Origin: Paragordius varius
Lineage: Eukaryota > Animalia > Nematomorpha
Direction: 5' to 3'
Length of the DNA: 64,000 nucleotides
NCBI GenBank assembly: GCA_964247055.1
Contig: OZ176054.1
Span: 1,736,001-1,800,000, forward strand
Below are positions 1 to 14,000 of this stretch, in pieces. Positions within the stretch are counted from its first letter, which is position 1, and each line of letters opens with the position of its first letter. The notes under the pieces were generated by a model that saw only the letters and a list, made by a program, of their open reading frames with translations, did no database searches and was not told the DNA's origin. Both the position numbers and the translations under genes were made by a program.

Positions 1-67
1 TTTTTTATGATTTCAACATAATTCCAAGCAGTAAAAACTTTAACTTACAACATTGACCATTCTTTAG

Positions 68-1309
68 ATACGATATGATGGTAGATTTCGAAACGCTAAA
101 TTTTCTTGATCCTGATTATTGGATTATTGCACCGACCAAGTTTAATGCTTATTACTGTGACGGTGTGTGTGACCCCTCTTCTTTTGGCTTACATCAGAAT
201 CCTACAAACCATGCAACTTTGCAAGGGATGGTTTACATTGATATCAAGAACGTTGCTTCAAGTAATTTATAAAATTCTTCATTTAGTTTAACTCAACAAC
301 AATTTTATAATCGTTAAGAGCATAATTATATGATTAAATAGTAACCGTTACTATTTGAAAATATATATGTTACATAAATATTTAAAATATACAATAGTTT
401 CTGAGCTGAAAGTAGTTCGAATTCCAATTCTCCCGTCATTTTTAACTAATTTTAATAAACAATGTTGCTAACGTCATATCAGAAAACCCAAAATATTATT
501 TGAAAAAAAGATTAATAGTATAAAATTATCATATAAAACGAGAATTTAATCTGGAAAACGGATTTTTCTTCAAAATGCAAAAGACAGAGATTTACAAATT
601 TATATCATTCATTTTTGAAATTAGCATGTGTTTCCTAATAAACCATAATGAAATAATTTTGAAACCAGCTGAATTATAAGGAAATTTTTTTAGCCAATAT
701 CATAGTAAAAATTTATTTCGTTGACAAAGTAAATGGTTTTACAAAAAAATTAGGATTGTTTATCCTTTTACACAAACAATATCTTTTAAATTAAACAAAT
801 AATAGTCTATTTTTATTCAGTGAAAAAATATTATTTAAATTTCAAAACATTTCAGTGCGGTATTTAAAAATTTTTTTTGTTGATTGCAATGGAATAAAAT
901 ATCTTATTTCACTATTTACTGATTAAAAACAATTGTTAAATAAAGAAATATATACTGAAGGCCAAAATATTCAATCTCTAAGATTTTAATCATTAATTTT
1001 ATTTATTACATAGATCAAATACCTAAAACTATGGACAATACAACAAACACATCTTCTTATGCGTCGTCCGTAAATTATGCAATTCCTTCAAATAAAAGTC
1101 ACCCAATTAATAATCCGGCGGATAAAATAAACGATTTGAAGTCCCAAAAATTGAAACCTGAAAATCTTTCAATACCATTAAAACCGCCCCTTCCATGTTG
1201 TGTTCCCAGCAAATTAGAACCTTTAACGGTTCTCTATTACGATCGGCAAAGAAATGTGGTCCTTAAAACTTTCCACGATATGATAGCTTCAAACTGTGGA
1301 TGTCAATAA
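68..1309 (+). CDS. TGF-beta superfamily ligand, BMP class (BMP3/ADMP-like); last two exons, 5' part lies upstream of the window
   Basis: Exons 68-261 and 1014-1309 join in frame (acceptor ctttag at 67, donor A|GTAATT at 262, acceptor tacatag at 1013). Translation has YDMMVDF..WIIAPTKFNAYYCDGVC..NPTNHATLQGMV..PCCVPSKLEPLTVLYYD..VVLKTFHDMIASNCGCQ*, the CxGxC, CC and CxC cystine-knot pattern. Subfamily call is by remembered resemblance only. Confidence 0.93.
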
Positions 1310-1384
1310 ATTTTCATTTAAATATTGTTTATATTTATATTAACATTTCACTTCATTACGTTTTCGCTTTTTTGAACGCGTTAA

Positions 1385-1884
1385 CATCGTGAGAGGTAGT
1401 TTTTTAGTCCAGAGCTTAAAGTAGTAAAAAAACTACTGGTTCAAAAGTTGTTTTGGTCAAAATTTAATCATCAAACCCTCTTTCCTTGTATTAGATATTT
1501 ATATTTTTATAGTTTTTAACTTCTATAGCCCCGAATTCGGATAGCTTTAAAAAGAGTAAACAAACAGTTGGTGTTAAAATCAATGACTATCAAATGTTTT
1601 CTGGTAAATCCAATTCAAAACCTATATAAAGTTAAATATTTTTAACCAAAATACCCATTTGTCTATAGTATAGTAATAGCAAATCAAAAATATTTATGAA
1701 AAAAATGATGGGGAAAAAGTATGAGATGAGTTTCTACAATTTTATATTTTTTTAGAAAATTTTTGCATCTTACTAAAGGCTAAAAATGGCATACTTTTAT
1801 AATGACCTAATGCTATAAATATATTTTAAAATATTTTATTTTAAAAGGCCCTGGGTTATAAACTACCCAAAAAGTAGCGAAGCG
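1385..1884. mobile_element. piggyBac-like TTAA-flanked MITE (family B) between the convergent 3' ends of BMP and AP3B
   Basis: TTAA at 1381-1384 and 1885-1888; ends match the copy at 33839-34352 (GGTAGTTTT..CCAG motifs). Confidence 0.6.
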
Positions 1885-2071
1885 TTAAATTCCGCTTCTT
1901 TGAAATATTTCAATTTTTTACACATAGATATATTTTCTATCAATCATCGCGATTTGGGAAATAAAATTTATTTAAATATTAAATAATTTGCCCCAATCAC
2001 CGTACACAAAAAAATAATTTAATATTAAATATATTATCGAACACAAAGTTATTCTCGTATATGAAGAAGTC

Positions 2072-5000
2072 TCAAAGCACAATTTTTTCATCCAAACATT
2101 GGGAAATGGCCGTTGATAACTCTTTTAGGATTATGTCACTTAACATGACTTGAGAACAGTAAGTTTTTAGCGTACAAGTAGATTGTGTTACACTTAGGTT
2201 AAACAACACCAAGGATTCAGATTTTATAGTTTTTGCGCTAAATGACATATTAAAAGTGTTATTGTTGTTGTTAGAAATTTTTTCCTTTGATGTTGTTTCA
2301 ACAGCGGCGTTCGTATCGTAGTAAGAAGAGGGATCGATTTGTACAAGCAGAGATTCCGGGCAAAAATAGGCATTAAAATGTTTTAGTATGGTCCAATAAA
2401 GTTGTTTAACGCTTGGTGTGTTGGCAAATACGGTTTTAGCATCAAATTCCATGCCATGTTTCGGCGGCCTCAATAAATATGAATGAGATATATCACGTAA
2501 TTGTCCAATATCGGTAAACAAATCGTTAGACACTGAGAGAGGTATTGGTAATGTTTGGGTTGATTGATGCATCATACCAGTTAATTTTTCTAACATAAAT
2601 TATAAAATTAAAGATTACAAATCTCTCGATATATTTCTCAAAATTCTTAAGGCATTGACAGATAAATTAATATAATTTGATACGTTTATGACGTGGAATG
2701 TAAATTCTAATAAAAAATTAAATATAAAAAATTTTGATGAGTTTTCCATTATAAATATAAATATGGAAAATCGGATTTTAAATGCGATAAAAATTTATTA
2801 ATTATTTTTCGTTTTCAGCATAGTAAAAAATAAAATTATATAGGCAAAATCTAAAAACTGAAAAACAAATGTTTTTTTTAATAAGGACATAATATTTTAA
2901 AATACTTATTAATCTCAATGATTACACAATGGTAAAAGTTTATACATCCAAATCCTATAACTTTCAAACCAAAAACAATAAGTTATATTTAAAAATTGGG
3001 GGCTAAAAAAGATAAATAATTTTGTCTTTGTAAGAATTAAATTTTGTGCAATTGACATTTATAGCGATAAATTAAGTAATTACTCGATTCGGCATAAAAG
3101 TCTGATTGATTCATAATGATGGGTAGAATTTGTTCTCCTAGGGGTGCCTGTATCCTACATTCAGCTTTAACATTTTCATATATGGTATCTTGGCTGTTTT
3201 CACCCAGATTTTTTTTTCCAACTACGTCAGATTTTTTAGTCCTAAATTTTAGGTTAAAAGCGAATGGACAGACACTCTCCTTAAAATCTATTCCCATATT
3301 CGTATGAACACATTGACCCGGTAAGATTGATGCTATTATATAAATAATGTTTGTACATTTCAATAAATAAGAATTATTATAATAATTTATTGATTCTGGA
3401 TTAAAAATCTATAAATATAGACATACTTATTTGGTAAAATGGGTAACATGACATACCAATCGTTTCGGCCTAAAAAACAAAAATAAATGTAATGATATTG
3501 ACAACTTTATAAAAAAGATTTTTTAGAGATAAACACTGGAAAAAAATTAAATTTAAAGAAAAAAGGTAAAAATTAAAGAAATATTTATCCATGATAGTTT
3601 CCATGTAACCTAAATAATTACAATTGTCAAATTCTTTATTTTACAACTCAAAACAAATATGGGTCAAACATAAAAGCACTAGGTTTTTAAAAATGTGTGG
3701 TTGATTTTTACATTAGTGTTAAAAAACAAATATTTATTTACCTTATCAAATACTAATCCTTCAATGATAGAGTTTGAACCATCATCACCTTGTTTGAGAT
3801 TATTGGTGAATTTTAATTCCACATTCAACATATGAGAGTTTGCCATATGAACTTTTCGACTAAACTTGAATGCGATTGACAAGGGTGAAGTTTTTGTGGA
3901 AAAACTCAGTTCTTGCCCTCCGCCAGTAGATGAATTATTTAGAGATTTAAAAAATTGGATTGTATCCAAAGGAGTATAGTCAGTTTTGATGTAAAATGGT
4001 CGTAAACATTTCTGTATATGTATAAAAAGATTTATTTTTAGTTGTTCCGTTATAATTTGTATGGTTATATGGCATATTATGTAAATATATTAGTAATCGA
4101 AAATTTTACTATACATATTTTTGCATATTAAAAAAATACCATGAAACTGTATATACTATTATTTAGAGAACTATATGTTTAGGTTAATTAAAATGCAGAT
4201 AATCAAACCAATATTTTAGCTAGTCAAACGTAAAAATACGTTATTAAAAAAATACGTCCTATAACAGAACACATATTTGTAAATAATTTACCAAAATACA
4301 TTGTTTCAAGCAGAAAAACTATTATCATATATTTAAAATTTTCTAATTTAAAAGATTCGAAATGAAATAACTTGGTAGCTGTTTTGGCTAGTTTTTCTAT
4401 CACTTTGTTTATCTATATTTTCAGTTTTTAATGGGGTTAGTAGGGGAGATGTTGAAGATATATTAAAAGCATTACTACTTTGGTTTGATAATGAATTCTC
4501 AAGATTTGTGGTGTAATCGTTAATGATATTACCAGTTCCAAACCCATTCGAAATGTCCAAATCAAGTAAAAGGGCATCAATATTTGACATTGTAGGCTAC
4601 ATTACACAAAAAAAACCCCAAAAAATTATATAGGTTCGAAAGTTTAAATTTAAGTGATATAGGATTATGCTAAATATATATATATATATATATATATATG
4701 ATTTTTTAAGAAAAGTTATTAATATATATTTAAATAACTAAGTGATTAAAACAATTCCAAATGTTTGAATTACTTTGGTGGTGGATGAGTCATTTCCTTT
4801 TTCTTGCTTATTTTCAAGTTTCTCACTAGGTTCTATGATATATTTATAAATATATATATATAATACCTCACATTTAAAAATATAGATGTAGGCAAAGTTA
4901 TAATATAAGTAACATTTTACACCCAAAATAATCAATTAATCACATTCATATTTCATAATAAAGTCTTTTTTATAGCACACAACAAATTTTGTTAAAAAAT

Positions 5001-8000
5001 ATGTATATAATAATAATAATAATATGTTAAAAAAAATTAAATTTTATTAAATATTCAAAAAAATATACTTTTTGTGAATGATGCCATTTCATCAAACATA
5101 GATTCCGAAGAAGTACTATTTCCATGTTTAATTGAATCGCCCTCTTCCTCACCATCCGAACTAAAAAATTCTACATTTTTTTTGCAAGGGAAAAAATTAT
5201 TTTGTTAACTAGGGAAAATAATCAAAAAATAGCAAATATAATATATTAATAAAACGCAATCATTACAGTAAAAATAAAAAAACAGAGATAATTGGTTAAA
5301 TAATACAAAGAAAGAGTTAATACAAAAAATCAATTATTAAAAAAATTAAATAGTGATCATGGACGTATATAATAACCAAAAAATATGAAAAAAATTTATA
5401 TAAATAAAATCACGCGTTCCCAACTTTGATTTGATTTTTAGTAATAAATTTTTTTATATAACATTTTAACATCTTTTGTTAAACTGTATTTTATACCCTC
5501 AACAGACTTTTGTATGTTATTCGCTTTAGATTTTACAATAATTTTCCCCCCTTCTTTCGAATCGTATTCAGATTGACTTTCATCCGAGCTAAGAGATTCA
5601 AAAAACTTTTCATATTCTAAAAATAAATTAAGTAAATAAAATTTTGGCTACTTAACATTTTATATTATCGCTTTTTTATAAAAAGATTATATTCACTAAG
5701 GTAATATAATTAATTAGAATAATGAAATTATATCCAGGAGGACAAAACGTAAGATAAAGACAATTTTTTTTCAAAAAACAATCAAACTTTTTAAAACCTT
5801 AATCTGTCCCATAAAAATCGTTTAATTACAATCGAAAAATATATAATTCCTTGCGTAACCAATTTACATCTCTATTTTTTACTTTGGAGTATAAAACATT
5901 ATTGACTTATATTTAAAAAATCAACATTTTGAAAGTATGGTTGCCCTTTAAAAAATAATATTTGTCTTCATATTTATACGTTTTGTACGTACGAATTTCA
6001 ATTTTTACTGTAATTAACATAATAATATAAAAAAGCAATGTAATCTGTATAAAATTTGGTCACATTAATCTATAAATACTAAAAATTACCACAATTAAGC
6101 GGAAATGAAAGATAAATATTTTGGATACTTTTTCCCATATTAACAAATCGAAAATACAATGATAAATAGGTTTACTTAAACAAAATTACAATATATGAAA
6201 TTTGAGCTAAGATGCGACAAATTTATTTAAAATCAAATAAAATCAATATTTTTATATTTAGTTCAGATGTTTAACACAAATATCTTCACGGCTGCTTTGA
6301 TAATTTTTGTTTTTTTTATTTATTTTGAGCCCAAATTCGGATGATCTATCTTCAAAACAATCATAAATTTTTAATTGAAATTTTATATTTTTAAAACATA
6401 TTTTTTAGAGCACTTTTGCGCCTTTTATTAAAGCTTATGTGTTACTTCGCAAAATAGTTTTTTAGGGATGATTTGAAACCATGCTAGAATAAGTTAAAAA
6501 ATTTTATTACATAAGTGTAAGTAAATGTAATTTTAAACCTTCTTTGGTGCTAAGAATATTTACATCTTTTCCACTATTGTTTCGTTTAGATTTTCCTTTG
6601 GATTGATTGCTTTTTGTTAATACTGTCCCTGATTTATTGGTATCTTCATCGTTTTCATGGAAATATTCTGGGTTTGCTTCCTCACCCCTTTCATATCTAA
6701 TATATATACATATAGCAAAAATTTAATTTGCACAGTCAAAATGAAAAAAACTACACATTTTAAAGTAAAGACAACCATATTTTTAGACCTAATTATTTTT
6801 AATTTTAAAACTCATCGTTTTATGTATATAGGAAAATAAGGGAATAGAGATGTAAATTGGTAACATAACACTTAAATGTATATTTCGAAATTATGATATT
6901 TGGTTTTGTCTTTTATTGTCCGTTAATTTCCACTTTACTGCTAAAAAAAAGTTTTTTAAAATGCCAAGTTTTTTACGAAACTCATTAGTTTGTGGGTATG
7001 GAGGAGCCATCATAATATGCCAAAGTAATAAAAAGTCAAATTTATTCATGTTTACACATAATATATAAGTCTTATTGACAAAAAACCGCATATTAATTGG
7101 AATTTATCATATAATTGTGTATTAAACCATCCAATCTCTATTTTCATATCATAAATTAAATTGTATATAATATAATATACCATTTACAATCAATTTCACC
7201 CTTAAACAATTCAAATTCACCCTTAAACAATTCAAATTTACCCTTGAACAATTCAAATTCACCCTCGAACAATTCAAATTCACCCTCAAATAAAATATAT
7301 GTTTTTTAAGATTAAAAATTACCTATATTTTATATATTTTTCAAAAATAAAAGTTTTGTCTTAAATTAAAATAATACTGAAAAAATAATAAACTATACCA
7401 TAAACATATATTTCATATTAATAATGAATTATACTAGTTCGAAAACACATAATTTATTTTTAGGGTGAATTTGAATTGTTCAAGGGTGAGTTTGAATTGT
7501 TCGAGGGTGAATTTGATTTGTTCAAGGTTGAATTTGAACTGTAAATGGTATATTAAATCAACAAAAACCTTGATGATGTTTCATTATATGGGCCGCCATT
7601 TTCTATGGCGTATGATGTGGGGGTAGGTGCAGGCGAGGGTGGACTCAAAGCCCACCAATCTTCCACGGTATAACTGCTTAGGATATCATCTTTATTTTCT
7701 CCATCTATCAATATATTGTCATTGTTTAATAGCGTTTTTCCTGCATTTTCATTTACATTTTCATTCTGTTCAATATTTTCCGTACAAAATTTTGAATCTG
7801 GCTGCTCGAGAAGGTTGTTTTGCTGGTTACTTGATGACACATTTTGATAATCTATAGCGACACATAAATCCCGATACCCTTCAACTCTAATGGCAATGGT
7901 AGGCAAATAGAAAATTAAAACTATGATTTACGGCACTATTAAGCAAAGCAGTGGTTTAAAAGAGTGTTCTTTAATTTAACATTCATGTAAATATCTCCTC

Positions 8001-11000
8001 CTCAGTAAAGGACTAAATTACATGATTTTTATGCTGCTTTTAATGGTTAGAATTGGTTAAATCATTTTACAACAATTTCTTTTTATAATATGTTTAAAAG
8101 AATATCATAATCTGTAAACAATTGCGGTTCGCTAGATTTAAATTTTCCTACATTTGTAGAAGTAAAAAAAGGCTAGGTAGAGAGTGTATAATACCTACCT
8201 AGTTTGTAAGTAATGCGATAAACTTCCAAGTTGATAAGGTGATATATAATTGTTGTAATCAGTATCTTGGCCAATGCGTTTGCCAGAATTTTCTACATTT
8301 AGATGATCTATACCATTCTCTTTGTTAACAACATTTCTGTTTTCAAACGGTATAAGATTGCCTTTGTTGCTATTATTGAATAAACTAAATGTGTGTAGTA
8401 ACCAATTTGTATCATCAATACCATCCCCCGTAAAACAAATGTAACGCAAGGATCTAGCTTTGTCCCTCAAATCATAAGAGAGATCATATTTTGCCAAATC
8501 GAAAATGTATCTACATACATGCAAGTATAAATAATGGTATAAAAAATATATTTATCATTTTAAAATTCATTAATAAATATAAATAATAAAAATTTTTTGT
8601 AATAATGTGTAGAACCTGGGTTGAGTTTAACTGGGGTTTCAAACAATAATAACTGCTGGTCCAACGGCTTAAAAATTTATATGCAGTTTATAACAATAAA
8701 AATATAAAAATAGCCATTTAATCATCAGTTTTATCAATTTTAATGTTATTATTGATTATTAAACATTATTCATTTTTAAATAGATTTGAAATTTAGATCA
8801 TATTTTTAATCCAATATTTTCTCTTTAACAAGTAAGTATTCAGTATTTTTCACGAGACACCTTGTGTGTATAATTTATAGATTATATCTCTAATTGAAAC
8901 CTTTCAAATACATTGCTCAGAAGATATAAACTCAGATATTTTGGACACACATCAAATAAAATTTTATTCCCACACATCCTCTAGGTAAAAAACTTAGGTG
9001 TAGACCAACTTTTAACTGCAAATAACTATAAATAAATAATCACTAAAAAGTGTTGCTCTATATAGATGATAACGCCTGAGAGGATGGCAAATATTACAGA
9101 CAGCTTCTATACGGATCTATCCATTACGCAAAAGATAATACCATTTTAGCCTCTGATTATTCAATACAATGATTGTTTCACTTGATAAATTTAAAATGTG
9201 CGTGTATCAAATTGAATTCTGGCAAATTTTATTTTAGCTATTTTCTGTAAGCTTATTTTAAGTTATTTAGTGTGGCTGGCAATAAAAAATTCGTGGGCTG
9301 TATTTTTGCAGTTTTTTAGAATAGTGAACTATGTGGAATATCAGGGATACAAATCGCCTATTATATTTGTTCATATAATCAGAAACTTATATCTGATAAA
9401 TATGACTTGATTTACATTACAAGTTTACACTCTCTAACCTCTATCCATTATGTTGATGATATGGTTTTTTCCAGACAATACAAGCTCTTACATCATAATT
9501 ATTTAAATTTTAAACATTTCGTAGTTGTATACATTACAAATTAACTTGATGATTGTTACTAATTCAGTAAAGTAATCAACGTTCATCTAATTGAAGAAAA
9601 TAATAAGCAGAATCGCATAAGCTAAATAGTGCTCAAAGGAAATCAATCCTTTAAAAAAAGGCAAATTCAGATATATATGATTAAAATACAATCTAAGCTA
9701 TAATATTTTGAGGCAAACTAATTTAACCTGGCATGAATCGATGAAAAAAAAAACCGTATTTATGAAAAAATTTATCTTATCAGTATAGCAAAAGCTCGTG
9801 GATTACAAAGCAACATACCGATTCTATGAGGGAATAACATATCATAATTCACAATTAAAGTCTATTTAAACCGGGGTCACACCCAAAATATACTCATTTC
9901 GGTTAAGGATAAAAAGATTTAAATTAATTTTCCCTTAAATAAAATATATATATATATATATCTTACTTTGTAATCAATTCTATTGTCGCGAATTGCGTAG
10001 CATTAGTATGTTTAATTTTATCTTTCCAATAGAGATACAATTGGGTTGCTAATGTCAAAGTTTGATACTTGACTAAAATATCCTAATTATAAAATGAACG
10101 AAAAAAACAGTTAATTAAAACATAAAGGCAAAACATAAAAATAAAAGACAAACTTGTTATTTAAATAACGTTAATGCATACATTTTAAACTCGATTACTT
10201 ATTTTGCAAAAAACTAAAAAATAAATAGAATAAAAAAGTATGGCTTTTAGATAATATAACCATTTTAATATTTTTTAATATTTCCTTCTTATAACTTGAT
10301 AATTTCCACTTTTCATTTATATCTCATATTTTATTAAAAATTAAATATTTGAATTTGAAATTTAAATTTTGCTAAAAATAAAAGATATAAACTTGAGCTA
10401 TAAAACACTTTGCACATAGGCGTAAAATATCGGGTAATTGCATTTCATAAGTTTTGACATCTCCATGTGACACCAAAAGCCACATAATGCACGAAACTGC
10501 TTCAGGATTTAATTTGCAATGGGCTATTATTTTATTGTATAAAATAAAATTTTGTAATATTTGCAAAAAAATTTTGAATCCAAAACAAAAAAACAAAATA
10601 TACAATTGAATGCTGTGATTGGCAAAAAAACGAAAAATAATTCAAAACAAAGGGCTTAGTATTATACAATAATAGGGCCAGTTATATATTGTATCATAAT
10701 TTTCAAATTTAAATCTATAACCCTTTTTCTCTACCACTGAGTTTTTTTCAGATTTATATAATAATCACCAACATATTAAAAAGGAAAATAATTCAAAACA
10801 AAGGGCTTAGTATACAATAATAGGGTCAGTTATAAATTTTATCATGATTTTGAGATTTAGATTATTAACCCTTAATTCTCTACCTCTGAGTTTTTTTCGA
10901 TTTGTATAATAATCACCAACATATTTTACTTTTATAGAAAAACTTACTATTAAAAAAAACTAGAAAAACTTACGATTATTTGATTCCTTCGTTGTATTAG

Positions 11001-14000
11001 TTTTGTCATTTTCTCCTTCCTGGCGACTGCGTTTCAAAGTATTATCAGCACACTCAGTTTGCAAAGTAGATTTGCAAAGTGGAATCAAATAATCTTTGAT
11101 TAGGAGTTTGGACATGCCATCAAGGATGGTTTGTTTGGAAGTTGATTTACTCTTTTTAGAACTGTTGTTGCGTCCTCCTACATTATCATAGGGGACATCA
11201 TTGGTCAATTCTGATGGCTATTATAAAAAATCAAAAACGCCCCAATAATTATTGTTTATATGCCTTTAAGTTTTAATTTTAAACTATAAAATAGTTAAAA
11301 AAATCTGCTAAGTACAAAGTCAAATTATAAATATACGCTTCCTAAATTTCGAAAAATAAATTTTAGTTCAAAAATGTCACTACATGTCAAATTATTAACA
11401 CACGCTTAAACAATTCAAATTCACTCGTGTTTTGGGGGCTAATATAACGAACGCATTATTAATAGGATATATTTCTTTATGGCATAGTTTACCATCATAT
11501 TTGTGGATTATGTTTATTGTAAACAACATAATTTTTTATTTTGTAATAATATAGTTAATTTTTAATTGATTGATATTGAAAATCAAACAAATTTTTTAGG
11601 GTCATTTGAGGTGTACATGGTATTATATGTATACATTGAAAAAATATAAAATATATGTTCACAGTAATGTAAAAAAATTATTCGTATAAGGATATTTAAA
11701 TTTGTTTTTTTTGGTAAAATAAGTAAATTATATAATTGATAAGAATTACTGATTAAGTATTTATGTATCTTATGCAATGATTATTTTTTCAAAAACTAAA
11801 ATTTTTTTTTTAATAAATATAGTGAAAAGACCAAAAATTTAATAGGTATTTAGGCTGGAATAGCAAAGTAAAGTTTTTCAATTAAAAACTGTAAACATAC
11901 TTCATCCGAAGTTCGCAACAGATTCTTGATGACAATAACGCTTTCGGACACGACACTTTCTAACAAAAATAATAATTTAAAATGAAAAATTAGTATTTAT
12001 TTACTAACAACTGTAACAATACGATAAAAATTTAAAATTACACAAAAAAAACCCCAAAAACATATATAACGTATAAAAATAAAAATATTTTAGGATAAAA
12101 AAACAAACTTTGTAAAAAACTAAGATATAAATATATGTAAATTTGTAATGCACTCAATTATTAAAATCGAATTAGTTAATATGTAGCAAATATGATAATC
12201 TATTACAAATTTTATAAATTTAATTTTTATTATGCCAAACATTTTAATGTGCATAAAGCAAAATATTCAAAAAAAAACTAAACCATTTTGTGAATGCATC
12301 AATGCCAAGAGCCCATTAATACATGTTGCTTGAATACTTGGGATAGATTGAGCACATTTTCCAATACACTTTATGGTTGTCGAAGCAAAAATTTTATCGG
12401 GATCTGTTACGTAGGACTAAAAAAACGTATTAAAAAAATAAAAAAAAATAAAAAATAACTAACAATATTGATGCCTATATTTTATAGTATCCACCATTTG
12501 GACTTTAAGAGTGTTGTTTTTTAACATGTGAAGTTGGTCCTTAAATTTTTAGTTGGTCCTTCAACTTTTTTATTTTTTTTTCAAATTATCAATCAAACCC
12601 TTTATTATTCATTTATTTATTACCATTTTTAACTTAAGGCTCTTGATTTAGTCAAAAAATTCAACCTTGTAATCAATCAGAAACCTTTGTTAAAAACATT
12701 CATAAGTTAATAATATTGTTGAATCAAAAAAATTGGTTCAAAACACAAAGGTTGTTAATGAAACATATTAGTTTTAGATAAATAAATATATAAAATAAAT
12801 AAATTATGATAACATCCATAAATAAGTTTAAGGACCAACTTGAAGCATTCAAGGACACTCTTGATATGAAATGGTATATACAAAAAAATCGTTAAATATA
12901 CCTGAAATTCACGTAGGACTAGAGGTATATTTGTTTCATTGGCTAACAAGGTAATAATTTCAAGCTATGATCCACAAAAAAATAAATTGAGAGAATTCAA
13001 TACAATTAAATTCATCAATCAATAATTGTCAAAAAAAGAGTTATGGAATCACCAAATTTAAAAATTTTATGAAGAAATAAATAATTATTAATTACCTTTT
13101 GGACTTTAATGATGGTGGCATCGCTGTGATTAATGTAAAAAGATTTTATATGGGGTTCAAACAGTTCCTACAATAATATAAACACAATGAAATATAATTT
13201 TTTACCATATACCATTCATCAAATTAACCCTATAAATAAATTATGTATTTTCGGGCTAATATAACTAATCTCATTACTATGAAATATATTTTTATGGCAT
13301 AGTTTATTATTTTTTAGGTATTACATTAATTTTTAACAGGATTTCATATTTAAAAAATATTTAAAATAAAGGTAATTTTTAATCTTAAAAAATGTTTAAT
13401 TTATTCTAGGGTGAATTTGAATTGTTTAAGGGTGAATTTTAACTGTAAATGGTATATATATATTCTAAAATAAAAAAACATACCCGATATCGCGGATTAA
13501 GGCAAAAAGTATGAATTATTTTGAGAACGATACATTCCACTTCCCTAAAATATTGTAATTTATTATCCAAAAAAATAATACAAAATACCATTTTTTTTTC
13601 AATTTAAATCTAAAAAAAGCTACCTATAAGCACGTAAAAGTCTAATAAGCGGTTTTATTAAACATGTCATTTCCTCGGGTTGAGCACAATGATAATATAA
13701 TTGAACAACGGATACTACGACCTACATTACCATACATTCAAAAATACATAAAAATATGTGATTAAATAGTAAGTTTAAAAACATATAAAAAAAAGCTTTA
13801 CAAATGTTGGTTTTAGGTATAAAATTGTTGAATATTACGGGGCTTTTTAAGTTTAAGCAATTTATGTCTACATATATACGTTTACTTATGAAAAAATAAG
13901 TAGTCTGTATGGATTTTTTTATTATTAACAAAAATATTTTGCCAATTAAAATTATATGTATTCTCTTTCTTAATTAAAAAAAATTTACAAAAGTAAATTT

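Noticed and set aside
6891-7091. Extra AP3B exon after the strong acceptor near 6941
   Set aside because: In the required phase it reaches TAA after eight codons with no donor; exon 6696-6539 joins correctly without it.
7195-7290. 21-bp direct repeats as a CRISPR array
   Set aside because: Repeats are contiguous with no unique spacers, appear inverted at the other end of each element, lie in spliceosomal introns, and no cas genes are present.
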